From contig NC_081400.1 in the NCBI RefSeq assembly GCF_030684315.1, positions 7,817,464 to 7,881,463 of the forward strand: a stretch of DNA of 64,000 nucleotides, written 5' to 3'. The notes under the pieces were generated by a model. That model was not told the DNA's origin. It searched no databases and saw only the letters and a list, made by a program, of their open reading frames with translations. The position numbers and the translations under genes are program-made. The stretch is from Stegostoma tigrinum. Lineage: Eukaryota. This document shows, in pieces, positions 62,410 to 64,000 of the stretch (positions are counted from its first letter, which is position 1; each line of letters starts with the position of its first letter).

Positions 62410-64000
62410 TTAGACCCCCAAATAGCAGTTGGGAGATCGAAGAACTCATTGGCCGGCAGATTGTTGAAAAGTGCAAACGTATCAGGGTTGTTGTTATGGG
62501 TGACTTCAACTTTCCCAATATAGATTGAAACCTCCTTAGAACAGATGGTTTGGATGGAGCCGTTTTTGTCAGGTGTGTTAAGGAGGGTTTCCTTAGTCAG
62601 GATGTGGACAGGCTGACCAGGGGGGAGGCCATTTTGGATTTGGTGCTCAGCAATGAGCCAGGACAGGTGTCAGATGTCGCAGTGGGAGAACACTTTGGCG
62701 ACAGCGACCACAACAGCCTCACATTTACCATAGCCAGGGAAAGAGAAAGGAGCAGATACCAGGGGAAGATATTTAACTGGGGAAAAGGAAACTATGACGC
62801 TATCAGGCAGGAGTTGGGAAGTACAGACTGGGAGCAATTGTTCCACAGAAGGGGCACAACAGACATGTGGAGACTGTTTAAGGAGCGGTTGTTGCGAGTG
62901 ATGCATAAATTTGTTCCTCTGAGACAGGTAAGAAGGGGTAAGATTAAGGAGCCTTGGATGATGGGAACAGAGGTGCTTCTCGTCAAAAAGAAAAAGGCAG
63001 CTTACATAAGGTGGAGGAAGCAAGGGTCTAGCACATCTTTAGAGGATTATAGGCTTGCTCGGAAGGAGCTCAAAAGTGGATTGAGGAGGGCCAGGAGGGG
63101 GTACGAAAAAGGCTTGGCGGGAAGGATTAGGGAGAACCCGAAGGCATTTTACTTATACGTGATGAATAAGAGAATGATCAGGGAGAAGGTAGGGCCGATC
63201 AGGGATAGCGTAGGGAACTTGTGTGTGGAGTCTGAGCAGATGGGGGAAAGCCCTAAATGAGTTTTTTTGATTCGGTTTTCACTAAGGAAAGGGACCTTGT
63301 TGTGAATGAGAACTTTGAGGAGCAGGAAAACAGGCTTGAACAGATCGAGATTGAGGAAGATGATGTGCTGGAAATTTTAGCAAACATTAAAATTGATAAG
63401 TCCCCAGGGCCAGACCAGATTTATCCTAGATTGCTCCAGGAAGTGAGAAATAAGGTTGCTAAGCCGCTGGCGAAGATCTTTGCTTCCTCACTCTCCACGG
63501 GAGTCGTACCGGAAGATTGGAGGGAGGCAAATGTCTTATTGAGTTCTTTGAGGAGGTCACGAGACAGGTTGATGAGGGTCGAGCAGTGGATGTGGTGTAC
63601 ATGGACTTCAGCAAGGCATTTGATAAGGTTCCCCACAGCAGGCTCATTCATAAAGTCAGGAGGTATGGGATACAGGGTGATTTGGCTGTCTGGATTCAGA
63701 ATTGGTTGACTGACAAGAGGCTGAGAGTGGTTGTAGATGGTAAGTATTCTGCCTGAACGTCAGTGCTGAGTGGTGTCCTGCAGAGGTCTGTTCTTGGGCC
63801 TCTGCTCTTTGTAGTTTTTATAAATGACTTGGATGATGAGGTTGAGGGGTGGGTTAGTATGTTTGCTGATGACACAAAGGTTGGAGGTGCCATTGATAGT
63901 GTGGAGTGCTATTGCAGGCTTCAGCAAGACATTGACAGTATGCAGAGCTGGGCTGAGAAATGGCAGATTGAGTTCAACCTGGATAAATGCAAAGTGTTGC
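62410..64000 (+). mobile_element. CR1 ORF2 fragment (endonuclease + RT) running off the window end
   Basis: VMGDFN, ILDLVLSN, GDSDHN, KSPGPD, YMDFSKAFDKVPH, FADDTK. Confidence 0.93.

Overview
Vertebrate genomic DNA, almost certainly from a cartilaginous fish (shark), inferred from HE1/V-SINEs, SacSINE1-like SINEs, abundant CR1 LINEs and a GPR139-like receptor. Most of the window is decayed retroelement sequence: CR1, Tx1/L1, L2, two or three Penelope-like families whose ends carry minimal hammerhead-ribozyme motifs, and a Gmr1-type Gypsy element. Three host loci can be read. (1) A two-exon class A GPCR of the GPR139-like type (+, 17218-21908, about 325 aa). (2) An intact non-rearranging antigen-receptor-like gene (-, 34600-28559): leader, germline-fused V-J, C1, TM and a predicted tail ending in a YxxM motif, about 319 aa. 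(3) A previously hidden SAMD9/SAMD9L-like pseudogene (-), broken into about 11 collinear fragments across about 22 kb (40060-62405) by nested TE insertions. An orphan decayed ORF with an inverted paralogous segment lies at 9.7-10.8 kb. All family assignments are by-eye motif recognition; no searches were run, and TE boundaries are approximate.
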